Positions 25,241 to 32,880 of a stretch of DNA of 34,309 nt are shown piece by piece. The stretch is from Clostridiales bacterium. GTDB lineage: Bacteria > Bacillota > Sulfobacillia > UBA995. A program made the position numbers and the translations under genes. The stretch spans positions 1-34,309 of the forward strand of contig DOZU01000206.1 of the NCBI GenBank assembly GCA_003517845.1. The letters are read 5' to 3'. The stretch's first letter is position 1; every line of letters begins with the position of its first letter. Below the pieces are notes generated by a model. That model saw only the letters and a list, made by a program, of their open reading frames with translations, searched no databases and was not told the DNA's origin.

Positions 25241-26002
25241 TCAGGTCGCAGGTCCCGCACCGAAGTCCCGCAGCCGCACCGGGAGGTAGCGCGGGCCCCA
25301 GTCGCCCGGGCCGGCCTCGAAGACGCCGGCACAGGGGGCGCCGCAGTTACGGCAGCCCCCCTCCGGAGTCAGGTTCCATGCGGTGATCGCGTACGACCGG
25401 CGGCCGATGAGGATGGTGCCACACTCGGGGCAGCAGGTGTTTTCGCCGGCGAAATCGCGGATGTTGCCGGTATACGCGTAGCGGGCGCCGTTCGCCTGTG
25501 CGATGTCCCGTGCCCGGTGGAGGGCGGCGGGGGGCGTGGGTGGATGGTCCCGCAGCCTCCAATCCGGGTGAAAGGCCGTGAAATGAATCGGCACCTCCGG
25601 GCCAAGTTCGTCGACTATCCACCGGGTCATGGCGTCGACCTCCGCCGGCGAGCCGTTTTCGCCGGGTATGATCAGGTGGGTGATCTCGAGCCAGACGCTC
25701 GTGTCCCGCTTGAGGTAGAAGCAGGCCAAGTTGCAGCCGGCGGTGCCGAAGGATAGCACGGGTGTCCCGGGCAAGAAGTGATAGAGCGGTTTCTTCTCAA
25801 CCGGGTCCACGCAGAAGCCGCTGGACCGGCCGTAAGCCGTCAGTACGATCCGGCCCTGCCGGCAGGCTCGGATGAAGCAAGGCCCCCGCTGCCCCTCGCG
25901 TAGCCGGCAGTGGCGGGGGCAGAGATCGCACTGGATGCGGCCGTCAGGCCTGCCGTGCCAGTACTTGGAGGGCACTACGGGACCGGTTCTCGCTGCATCC
26001 AA
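25241..26002 (-). pseudogene. amrS: AmmeMemoRadiSam-system radical SAM enzyme with in-frame internal deletion of the catalytic core
   Basis: The N-terminal part (WHGRPDGRIQCDLCPRHCRLREGQRGPCF...DPVEKKPLYHFLPGT..LSFGTAGCNLAC) and the C-terminal part (VWLEITHLIIPGENGSPAEV...IHFTAFHPDWRL...PPTP...YAYTGNI...CCPECG...CRNCG) are both canonical. They are joined at CNLACFY|LKRDTS (about 25715-25720). The third Cys of CX3CX2C and the segment I would expect between the two parts are missing. Confidence 0.7.
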
Positions 26003-26058
26003 CGCGCTGCCCTCCTCGGCCGGCGCCGGTGGCCTGGCGGGCGAAAGGCGGAGATGCC

Positions 26059-26958
26059 ATGCTTCAGGTACGGCCTCCCGCCGTGGCGGGCACCTTCTAT
26101 CCCGCCGAACCGGAGGAGTTGCGGGCCATGGTCCGGGAGTACCTGGCCGCCGCCGGGTCCCCCGGGCCGGTTCCGATCGCCCTCATCGTCCCCCACGCCG
26201 GGTACCCCTACTCCGCTGCCGTGGCCGCAGCCGCCTACGGTCGGCTGGCCGCATGCGGTGCCGCCTTCCGGCGGGCGGTGCTGGTCGGCCCGGCCCACCG
26301 CGCCCCCGTGCGGGGTGTGGCGACCAGCAGCGCCCAGGCCTTCGCGACGCCGCTGGGCACCGTAACCGTCGATCGCTCCGCCATCACCTCGATTCTAACG
26401 CTTTCGCGGGTCGCCGTCGACGACGCCGCGCATGCTTCCGAGCACAGCCTGGAGGTCCAGCTCCCGTTCCTTCAGACCGCCCTCCCCGACTTCAGCCTGG
26501 TGCCGCTGCTGGTGGGCGACGCCACTCCCCGGGAGGTCCTCGAGGTGCTGGAGGTCTTGCGGGACGGACCGGAGACGCTCGTCGTCAGCACCGACCTCAG
26601 CCACTACCTGGACTATGGGGCGGCCAGGCGACTTGACCTCGCCACTTCTCGAGCCATCGAGGCGTTGCAGTCCGAGGACATCAGACCACATCAGGCCTGT
26701 GGCTGGACGGGCCTGGTCGCCATCCTCGACCTGGCCCGCCGGCACGGACTGCGGGCCGAGACGCTCGACGTGAGGAACTCCGGCGACACGGGCGGGCCCC
26801 GGCACAAGGTCGTCGGCTACGGGGCCTACGCGGTGGTATCGCGTCATGGTCCACCGGGCCGCAGATCCCAGGCGGTTGGCCACCCGCTGCCTGGCGGCAC
26901 TATAGGCTGCCAGGGCGGCGGCCTGAGCCTCCCAGAGGCCGTCAGCGGTAGTCCATGA
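26059..26958 (+). CDS. amrB: Memo-family protein (AmmeMemoRadiSam system protein B)
   Basis: VAGTFYP...IVPHAGYPYSAAVAA...EHSLEVQLPFLQ...STDLSHY...ACGW...NSGDT...VVGYGAYAV. The conserved part ends near 26836. The last 40 or so codons run antisense across the decayed repeat at 26866-27116 and look non-native. Confidence 0.8.
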   Translation: MLQVRPPAVAGTFYPAEPEELRAMVREYLAAAGSPGPVPIALIVPHAGYPYSAAVAAAAYGRLAACGAAFRRAVLVGPAHRAPVRGVATSSAQAFATPLGTVTVDRSAITSILTLSRVAVDDAAHASEHSLEVQLPFLQTALPDFSLVPLLVGDATPREVLEVLEVLRDGPETLVVSTDLSHYLDYGAARRLDLATSRAIEALQSEDIRPHQACGWTGLVAILDLARRHGLRAETLDVRNSGDTGGPRHKVVGYGAYAVVSRHGPPGRRSQAVGHPLPGGTIGCQGGGLSLPEAVSGSP

Positions 26959-27116
26959 CCAGGCGAGGGGATCCAGGGATGTAGTGAGGAGGTAGGTCGC
27001 GTAGGCGGAGGTTGCCTGGAGACTCCGAGCATACAGAGCTGCGCCAGTTCCTGGATGTCCGGGTAGCGGGCATAATGCAGGGGCCACGCCGCCCCGCAGC
27101 CTGGGCCATCCCCGGG
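26866..27116 (-). pseudogene. frameshifted tandem copy of the C-terminal module of the 27117-29069 gene
   Basis: Directly after the TGA at 27117-27119 and in the same frame: ...AAWPLHYARYPDIQELAQL. After a 1-nt insertion (CTCTGTATG versus CT-GTATG) it continues YARSLQATSAYATYLLTTSLDPLAWSWTTADGLWEAQAAALAAYSAARQRVANRLG. This parallels SYHPRYPEIQELARLYVRKLEANMAYNTFILTVALDPPTWSQTIADNLWATHIAARDSYYAARRRIADALD*. Confidence 0.7.
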
Positions 27117-29069
27117 TCAGTCCAGGGCGTCTGCGATGCGACGTCTTGCCGCGTAGTAGGAGTCCCGCGCAGCAATGTGGGTCGCCCACAGGTTGTCGGC
27201 GATCGTCTGCGACCAGGTGGGGGGATCCAGCGCCACGGTGAGGATGAAAGTGTTGTAAGCCATGTTTGCCTCCAACTTGCGTACATACAGCCGCGCCAGT
27301 TCCTGGATCTCGGGGTACCGGGGGTGATAGGAGGCCGTATCGTCCCGCAACCAGCTTAGTGCGGCAAGCGCTTCCCGCAGCAGGCTGACCTTGGCTGGCC
27401 CCCACGGCGCCCGCATCGCCTGGCTCAGGATGGGCACTATCGTCTGCCACCGGTCCACCCACTCATACTCCTCGGTGTAGTAACTGAACCAGTCATCCTG
27501 GAGGTCGTAGTTGCCTTCTTGGTTCAGCCAGTAGTAGTGATCGGCCGGCATGGCGAAGGCGAACTCCTCTCCCGGCACACCAAGCGTGTTCACCCCGATC
27601 CACTCGCCGTAGAGATTGACGACGGGCCCTCCGCTGCTCCCGGGGGCAATCGCGGCATCGTGCTGTATGCTGACCAAGTCGGGAATCCAGGCGCCAAGCG
27701 ATGGTGATACCTCCCGCATCGCGCCTACCATGCCCCGGGTTACCGTACGATCGAGACCCAGCGGGTCGCCGAAAGCGAGCACGTCGTCGCCGACCCGGAC
27801 GTCCTGCAAGTACCGGAGGTGGCTGATGATGGGGAAACGAAGGTGGGCAGGCGCATTCAGGGCGAGAATCGCCAAGTCCGTATGGTTATCGATCTTGAGG
27901 ATGGATGCGGGGAAGGACGTGCCGTCAAAGGTGATGACCGAGATGTAGCGTCCGCCCCTCACGACGTGGGCGTTCGTGAGTACTCGGCCGTCCGAAGCTA
28001 CGAAGAATCCGCTACCCCGGGTCCGATTGGTCCTCACCGACACCATGGCCGGCTGGACGAGCGCGATGACCTCCGGGACGGACAGGGGAACGGGTGGACC
28101 GATGTTGGTTGAGGTAGTCACGACCGGGGTGACGGCGGCGGACTGCCATACACCCCTTGCCGCCGCCCGCGCTTCGCGTTCAAGGGATGCGAGGACCGGG
28201 GCATAGGGGACGTCGCCCCCGACGGCGAGCCATGCATGCCCGTCCCTCAACAGGAGCGCATTCAGCATCTGCCCGCGCACTTCCGGCTCGCCGCCGTCGA
28301 AGGGCCGGCCAAGCCACACATAGGCAGGCAGGTGCCCCACTCCGTCTCGGCCTCCCCAGCCGAATTCGACGTACACGACCGCGCCGATGGGCAGGAGGTC
28401 CTTGACGTAGGCCACAGCCTCGGCGGCGAAAGGCTCGGGGTGAGGCGACAATCGCGGGGCGGTCGCCCCGATCAAGCGGAGGGTCTCAACGAAACCACCC
28501 ACTAGAGCGACCCGGATGGTATCGGCGGCGACGACCTCGACCACGGTCGCTACGGTTACCGCGAGCATGGGCGGTACTCCCGGCAACCGGCCCGGCGGTC
28601 CGATCAGCACGGCGCGATGGGACGGATCCCAGCCGACCTCGAAACCGAAAGCCTCGGCCACGAAGCGTGCCGGCAGGACTACACGTCCGGGCGGGACGAT
28701 CAGCGGGGTCACGTCCATCTCCCGCGGGACGTCACTGACGACGATGAACGGAGAGCCGGTTCGCAGTCTCACCGACACCGCACCCATCGTCAGCGTTACG
28801 GTCTGGGTGGCGGCATCCCATATGATGCCTTCCTCGGATACCCCCAACGCATAGGCCAGGAAGCGGACGGGGACGAAAGTCCGACCGTCGCGGATGAAGG
28901 GAGCGGCGTCCGCCCGCGCGGGAGCGCCGTCGACCACGTACGTGAGGCAATCTACCACGAAGACGACTTGGCGCTGGGCAGCTGGGGCGCTCAGGGCTAC
29001 TACATCCGTGGATATCAGCAAGATCGCCATCACTAACGCCATCAGCACCGTCCGGCGTACCCGCAGCAT
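27117..29069 (-). CDS. secreted multidomain protein: signal peptide, Cu-amine-oxidase-N-like domain, SNase-like (apparently degenerate) domain, trypsin-like Ser protease, helical C-terminal module
   Basis: MLRVRRTVLMALVMAILLISTDVVALSAPAAQ forms the signal peptide, with GAGGAGGGA before the ATG at 29069. DGRTFVPVRFLAYALG...GRVVLPARFVAEAFGFEVGWD marks the Cu_amine_oxidN1-like domain. VAADTIRV...LRLIGATAPR...LNALLLRDGHAW...EREARAAARGVW marks the SNase fold. LTNAHVV, TDLAILAL and APGSSGGPVVN form the His/Asp/Ser triad. Confidence 0.75.
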   Translation of the reverse strand: MLRVRRTVLMALVMAILLISTDVVALSAPAAQRQVVFVVDCLTYVVDGAPARADAAPFIRDGRTFVPVRFLAYALGVSEEGIIWDAATQTVTLTMGAVSVRLRTGSPFIVVSDVPREMDVTPLIVPPGRVVLPARFVAEAFGFEVGWDPSHRAVLIGPPGRLPGVPPMLAVTVATVVEVVAADTIRVALVGGFVETLRLIGATAPRLSPHPEPFAAEAVAYVKDLLPIGAVVYVEFGWGGRDGVGHLPAYVWLGRPFDGGEPEVRGQMLNALLLRDGHAWLAVGGDVPYAPVLASLEREARAAARGVWQSAAVTPVVTTSTNIGPPVPLSVPEVIALVQPAMVSVRTNRTRGSGFFVASDGRVLTNAHVVRGGRYISVITFDGTSFPASILKIDNHTDLAILALNAPAHLRFPIISHLRYLQDVRVGDDVLAFGDPLGLDRTVTRGMVGAMREVSPSLGAWIPDLVSIQHDAAIAPGSSGGPVVNLYGEWIGVNTLGVPGEEFAFAMPADHYYWLNQEGNYDLQDDWFSYYTEEYEWVDRWQTIVPILSQAMRAPWGPAKVSLLREALAALSWLRDDTASYHPRYPEIQELARLYVRKLEANMAYNTFILTVALDPPTWSQTIADNLWATHIAARDSYYAARRRIADALD

Positions 29070-29234
29070 GGGGATCCCTCCTCGCGGCGGTCTTGATTGA
29101 GCGCCGCCGACCGCCCTCACCGCTCCGGTATAAAGGCAATTGTATGATATCATCATAATCCGACATATGCTGTCGGTCCGATTGGGGAGGAGGGACATTC
29201 GAGATCGAGGCGATTCTTCGGGTTCATGGGACTG

Positions 29235-29427
29235 TTAGCTGCCCCGGCATACTTCATCCCTGTTACCGACTTCCACCACTACGACAACCAGTTTGTCATT
29301 CCCTATTTCATAGCGGATCATCTGACAAGGCCTCGATGCGCTCGAGAATGCGCCAGAGATCCATCTTCGGAGTGGCGCGAAGATCCTTGGTCACGGATTA
29401 CCTGAAAACCAGCCCATATTTTCCCAT
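29235..29427 (-). pseudogene. RelE/ParE-family toxin remnant (in-frame TAA, internal deletion/frameshift)
   Basis: From the ATG at 29427: MGKYGLVFR-TAA(29400-29398)-SVTKDLRATPKMDLWRILERIEALSDDPL*. After a +1 shift it continues RYEIGNDKLVVVVVEVGNRDEVCRGS*. These are the N- and C-terminal signatures of RelE/ParE toxins, and the central strands are missing. Confidence 0.6.
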
Positions 29428-29647
29428 GGGCCTTCAGGTCCTGGAGCAGTTGTTCGTAAGTCAGCGTAGGCTCCTTCGCGCGTTCCTCAAAGGCGCAAAG
29501 ATCCTCAGCGTCCTCACGAAGGACCATCTGGACCGCCTCATTCACAATATCAGACCCGCTTCGCTGTGTCTCCGCAGCCTTGATCCGAAGCGCCCGATGA
29601 AGCCCGGATTTCAAGTAGATGGTTGACCGCCTCGTAGTCTCGCTCAT
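29318..29647 (-). CDS. ribbon-helix-helix (CopG-like) antitoxin, with read-through tail into the dead toxin
   Basis: MSETTRRSTIYLKSGLHRALRIKAAETQRSGSDIVNEAVQMVLREDAEDLCAFEERAKEPTLTYEQLLQDLKAHGKI. GGAGGTGG lies 6 nt before the ATG at 29647. Residues after KAHGKI are translated out of frame across the toxin remnant. Confidence 0.65.
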   Translation of the reverse strand: MSETTRRSTIYLKSGLHRALRIKAAETQRSGSDIVNEAVQMVLREDAEDLCAFEERAKEPTLTYEQLLQDLKAHGKIWAGFQVIRDQGSSRHSEDGSLAHSRAHRGLVR

Positions 29648-29689
29648 GGAAGCCACCTCCGCAGGCATTACAGCATCACGATGTCAAAG

Positions 29690-29699
29690 CGTCATGACG
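29690..29699. promoter_or_regulatory. perfect 10-bp palindrome CGTCATGACG upstream of the antitoxin (candidate RHH operator)
   Basis: Self-complementary decamer about 43 nt upstream of the antitoxin start, next to a TTGACA hexamer on the minus strand. Confidence 0.3.
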
Positions 29700-29958
29700 T
29701 CCAGCTGGAGCAGCTAACGATCCGGTTCAGCGCCGGCGGTTAGCCATCGGTTGCAGTGCCTCGGGTGACATACGACTAACTCGTTTACCTGCGACTGCGG
29801 GGCGAGCGATGGCCCAGTCTTTTACGGGCGGTCCGCAATTCTGTATTCCCTGGCATCATGTCGGGCAGACTTCCGGCCTTATTGTTCAGTTCGAAAGGTT
29901 CTACCCCTCCGGCAAACGAAATGTTCATACGAGCCGACGTCACGGGAGGGAGATGCCC

Positions 29959-31074
29959 ATGCGCATTGCCGTGCTCGGGGGGGCCGGCGACATTGGCCGT
30001 ACCGCCGTCCGGTTCATGCTGGCGATGCCCGGCGTACATCGGGTGACGGTGGCGGACATCCGGGTCGACAAGGCGGCCGAGGTCGCCCGCGATCAGGGGG
30101 GCGGCCGAGCGGTGGCCGCCCGCGTCGACGTCGCCGACCGCCGGCAACTGATCGAACTGATGCGGGAGCACGACGTCACTCTGGGTGCAGCCGGGCCTTT
30201 CTACCGTTTTGAGGAGGGGGTAGTCCGTGCGGCGGTGGAAGCGCGGGCGGCGTACGTCAGCGTGTGCGACGACCACGACGCGACCGAGACGGTGCTGGCG
30301 CTTGACGGGGCGGCCCGGGAGCGTGCGGCCCGGATCCTGGTGGGGGCCGGGTGGACGCCCGGCCTATCCAACTTACTCGCCAAGCGAGCTGCGGAAGGCA
30401 TGGATCGGGTCGACGCCATCCGGATTGCCTGGGCCGGAGCGTCGGCCGATGCGCCCGGCCACGCGGTGTTGTTGCACACGTTGCACATCTTCGCCGGCAC
30501 CGTCCCATCTTTCCGGGAGGGGCGCCTGGTCAGGGTTGCGGCCGGCGGCGAGCCGGAGTTGGTGCGCTTCCCTCCGCCGGTGGGACCGGTCCGCGTCTTC
30601 ACCGTAGGCCATCCCGAACCGATTACCGTGCCGGTCCATATCGGGAAGGGCATCCAGGAGTGTCACGTGAAAGGCGGTCTCAAGGAACCGCTGCTGACAA
30701 CGTTGGCCGTGGCGATATCGCGGCTGGGCCTGATCGCCACCCCGGGGCGACAGCGCGGAGTGGCCGCCCTGATCAAGCCGGCCCTGCCTTGGCTCGAGCG
30801 ACTCGGCCCCCGGGCAATCCCCTGCTCGGCCATAAGGGTGGACGTGACCGGGACCCGGGGAGGGATCCCCGCCCGCGCGTCCTGGGGTGCCGCCGATCGG
30901 ATGGCCATCCTGACCGCCTTGCCGGCCGCCCTCATCACCCACCGCCTCGGACAGGGCCTCATCACCCGGCTCGGGGTGTATCCGCCCGAGGCCGACGGGG
31001 CGGTCGATCCCCGCTGGCTATGCCAGGCGGCCTCCGAACGCGGCCTGGCCATCGTCAACCTGGCCGGAGCATAA
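29959..31074 (+). CDS. saccharopine-dehydrogenase-like NAD(P)-binding protein
   Basis: MRIAVLGGAGDIGRTAVRFM...VTVADI...GAGWTPGLSNLLA. GGGAGGGA lies 8 nt before the ATG at 29959. The ORF-track start at 29809 adds a non-conserved leader. Confidence 0.7.
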   Translation: MRIAVLGGAGDIGRTAVRFMLAMPGVHRVTVADIRVDKAAEVARDQGGGRAVAARVDVADRRQLIELMREHDVTLGAAGPFYRFEEGVVRAAVEARAAYVSVCDDHDATETVLALDGAARERAARILVGAGWTPGLSNLLAKRAAEGMDRVDAIRIAWAGASADAPGHAVLLHTLHIFAGTVPSFREGRLVRVAAGGEPELVRFPPPVGPVRVFTVGHPEPITVPVHIGKGIQECHVKGGLKEPLLTTLAVAISRLGLIATPGRQRGVAALIKPALPWLERLGPRAIPCSAIRVDVTGTRGGIPARASWGAADRMAILTALPAALITHRLGQGLITRLGVYPPEADGAVDPRWLCQAASERGLAIVNLAGA

Positions 31075-31078
31075 GCGC

Positions 31079-31324
31079 ATGGAGAGCATCACCGTTGAGC
31101 TGAGCTACGCAGGCTACATCGCCCGGCTGGCGGGCAGGGCCACCGAACGGATCGAACTCCCCGGCGGATCGACCCTGCAGGCCGTGCTCGAGCATGTAAC
31201 CGCCCGGTGCGGACTGACCCCGACCCAGGCCCGCCAGGTGTACCTGCGCGTGGAGGGCGGGATGGGGACAACCCTGGTCGATGGCGACCGGGTGCTGGTG
31301 GGCGTGCTGATCGGAGGGGGATGA
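31079..31324 (+). CDS. MoaD/ThiS-like beta-grasp protein ending in Gly-Gly-Gly
   Basis: MESITVELSYAGYIARLAGRATERIELPGGSTLQAVLEHV...LVDGDRVLVGVLIGGG*. The stop overlaps the next gene's ATG (ATGA). Confidence 0.65.
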   Translation: MESITVELSYAGYIARLAGRATERIELPGGSTLQAVLEHVTARCGLTPTQARQVYLRVEGGMGTTLVDGDRVLVGVLIGGG

Positions 31325-32427
31325 TCGTGGAATTCACCGAGTTCCGCGTGACCACGCGCGTGGTAGCCGGCTGGGACTTGGCCGCCAGCCTTGACGTCGA
31401 GTTGAGCCAAGCCGGTCTTGAGCGGGGGCTGGTCGTCACCGATCCCGGCGTGCGTCCCCTGGCCGAACGGCTGCTGTCCGCCTCGCACCGGCTGATCGGC
31501 CTGCATGATGCCATCACGCCCAACTCCGAGGTGGGGCAGGTCGAGCGGCTGGCCGAGCGCGCGCGGGACGCAGGTGCCGGATTCCTGCTGGCGGTGGGAG
31601 GGGGCAGCGTCATCGACACCGCCAAGGCGGCGGCCATCGTGCTCACCGAGGGCGGCCGCCTCCTCGATCACCAGGGAGTCAACGTATTGGCCCGCCCCTT
31701 GTTTCCGGTGGCCGCCGTGCCCACGACCGCGGGGACGGGCAGCGAGGTCACCTGCTACGCGGTGATCAGGGATGGGGATGCCGCTGCCAAGGTCATCTTC
31801 ACCAGCGAGTGGCTGCCGCCGGTGCTCGCGATCCTCGACCCCGCGTTGACCCTCGGTCTGCCTCCGGCCCTGACGGCGTCCACGGGGATGGATGCCCTCA
31901 CCCACGCCGTGGAGGCATACCTTTCCAACCGGGCCGGCCCGTTCAGCGATGCGCTGGCGCTGGCCGCCCTGGAGACGATCTATCGGCATCTGCCCCCGGC
32001 CGTGCGCGACGGCAGCGACCGGGAGGCGCGCTGGCACTTGCTCATATCCAGTTGTCAGGCCGGGATGGCCATTTCCTGGGCCATGCTGGGTTGCGCCCAT
32101 GCCCTGGCACATGCCTGCGGCGGGCTCCGCCAGGTGCCGCACGGCGTGGCCAACGCCATCTTGCTGCCCCATTGCCTGGCGTACAACCGGCCCGCCGTGG
32201 AGGCGCGCTGGTGGACGCTGGCGGACGTGATGGGGGCCGACCCGGTCAAGGGGGTGGCGGCCCTGGCCCGGCGGATCGGCCTGCCGGAGCGGCTGCGCGA
32301 GGTGGGGGTGGCCGAGTCGGACCTCGGGCCGCTGGCCGAAGCGGCTATCCTGGACGGGAGCATCTTCACCAATCCCCGGGAAGCGACGGTCGAGGAGCTT
32401 GCCCAGATCCTGCGTGCCGCGTACTGA
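31321..32427 (+). CDS. iron-containing (group III) alcohol dehydrogenase
   Basis: LLAVGGGSVIDTAKAAA...VPTTAGTGSEVT...GMDALTHAVEAY...CAHALAHACGG...HGVANAILLPH. Confidence 0.85.
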   Translation: MIVEFTEFRVTTRVVAGWDLAASLDVELSQAGLERGLVVTDPGVRPLAERLLSASHRLIGLHDAITPNSEVGQVERLAERARDAGAGFLLAVGGGSVIDTAKAAAIVLTEGGRLLDHQGVNVLARPLFPVAAVPTTAGTGSEVTCYAVIRDGDAAAKVIFTSEWLPPVLAILDPALTLGLPPALTASTGMDALTHAVEAYLSNRAGPFSDALALAALETIYRHLPPAVRDGSDREARWHLLISSCQAGMAISWAMLGCAHALAHACGGLRQVPHGVANAILLPHCLAYNRPAVEARWWTLADVMGADPVKGVAALARRIGLPERLREVGVAESDLGPLAEAAILDGSIFTNPREATVEELAQILRAAY

Positions 32428-32454
32428 CCGCTGACATGAGGGAGGCTGGATCGC

Positions 32455-32880
32455 ATGGCCATATTCGCCCGAGCCGAGGACGTGTATGCCGCCATTGGGG
32501 CGCTGTTCGAGTGGGGGAGCCAGGACGGGGAACTTGGACCCAAGATCGGCGAGTCGGGCTTGACCATCCGCTTCGTCTATCACCGGCCTGATGCGGAGAT
32601 CACGGTCGACGCCAAGGCGGTGCCGCCCGAAGGACGCCACTTCACGGTGCACTGCGGCCCGTCGGACCTCAAGGCCGACGTGACCATGGAGATGGACTCC
32701 GACATCGCTCACACTTTCTGGTTCGGCAAGATGAATCTCATGACCGCGCTTGCCCGGGGGCAGATGAAGGCGGTAGGCCCCATCCAGAGCATCCTGAAGC
32801 TCCTGCCCGCCATCAAACCTGCTTACCGGAAGTATCCCGAGATCGCCCGCTCCCTGGGCCTGCCCGGGGGCGAGGCATGA
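32455..32880 (+). CDS. SCP2 (sterol-carrier-protein-2-like) domain protein
   Basis: ADVTMEMDSDIAHTFWFGKMNLMTALARGQMKAVGPIQSILKLLPAIKP is the typical SCP2 C-terminal pattern. GGGAGG RBS upstream. Confidence 0.7.
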   Translation: MAIFARAEDVYAAIGALFEWGSQDGELGPKIGESGLTIRFVYHRPDAEITVDAKAVPPEGRHFTVHCGPSDLKADVTMEMDSDIAHTFWFGKMNLMTALARGQMKAVGPIQSILKLLPAIKPAYRKYPEIARSLGLPGGEA

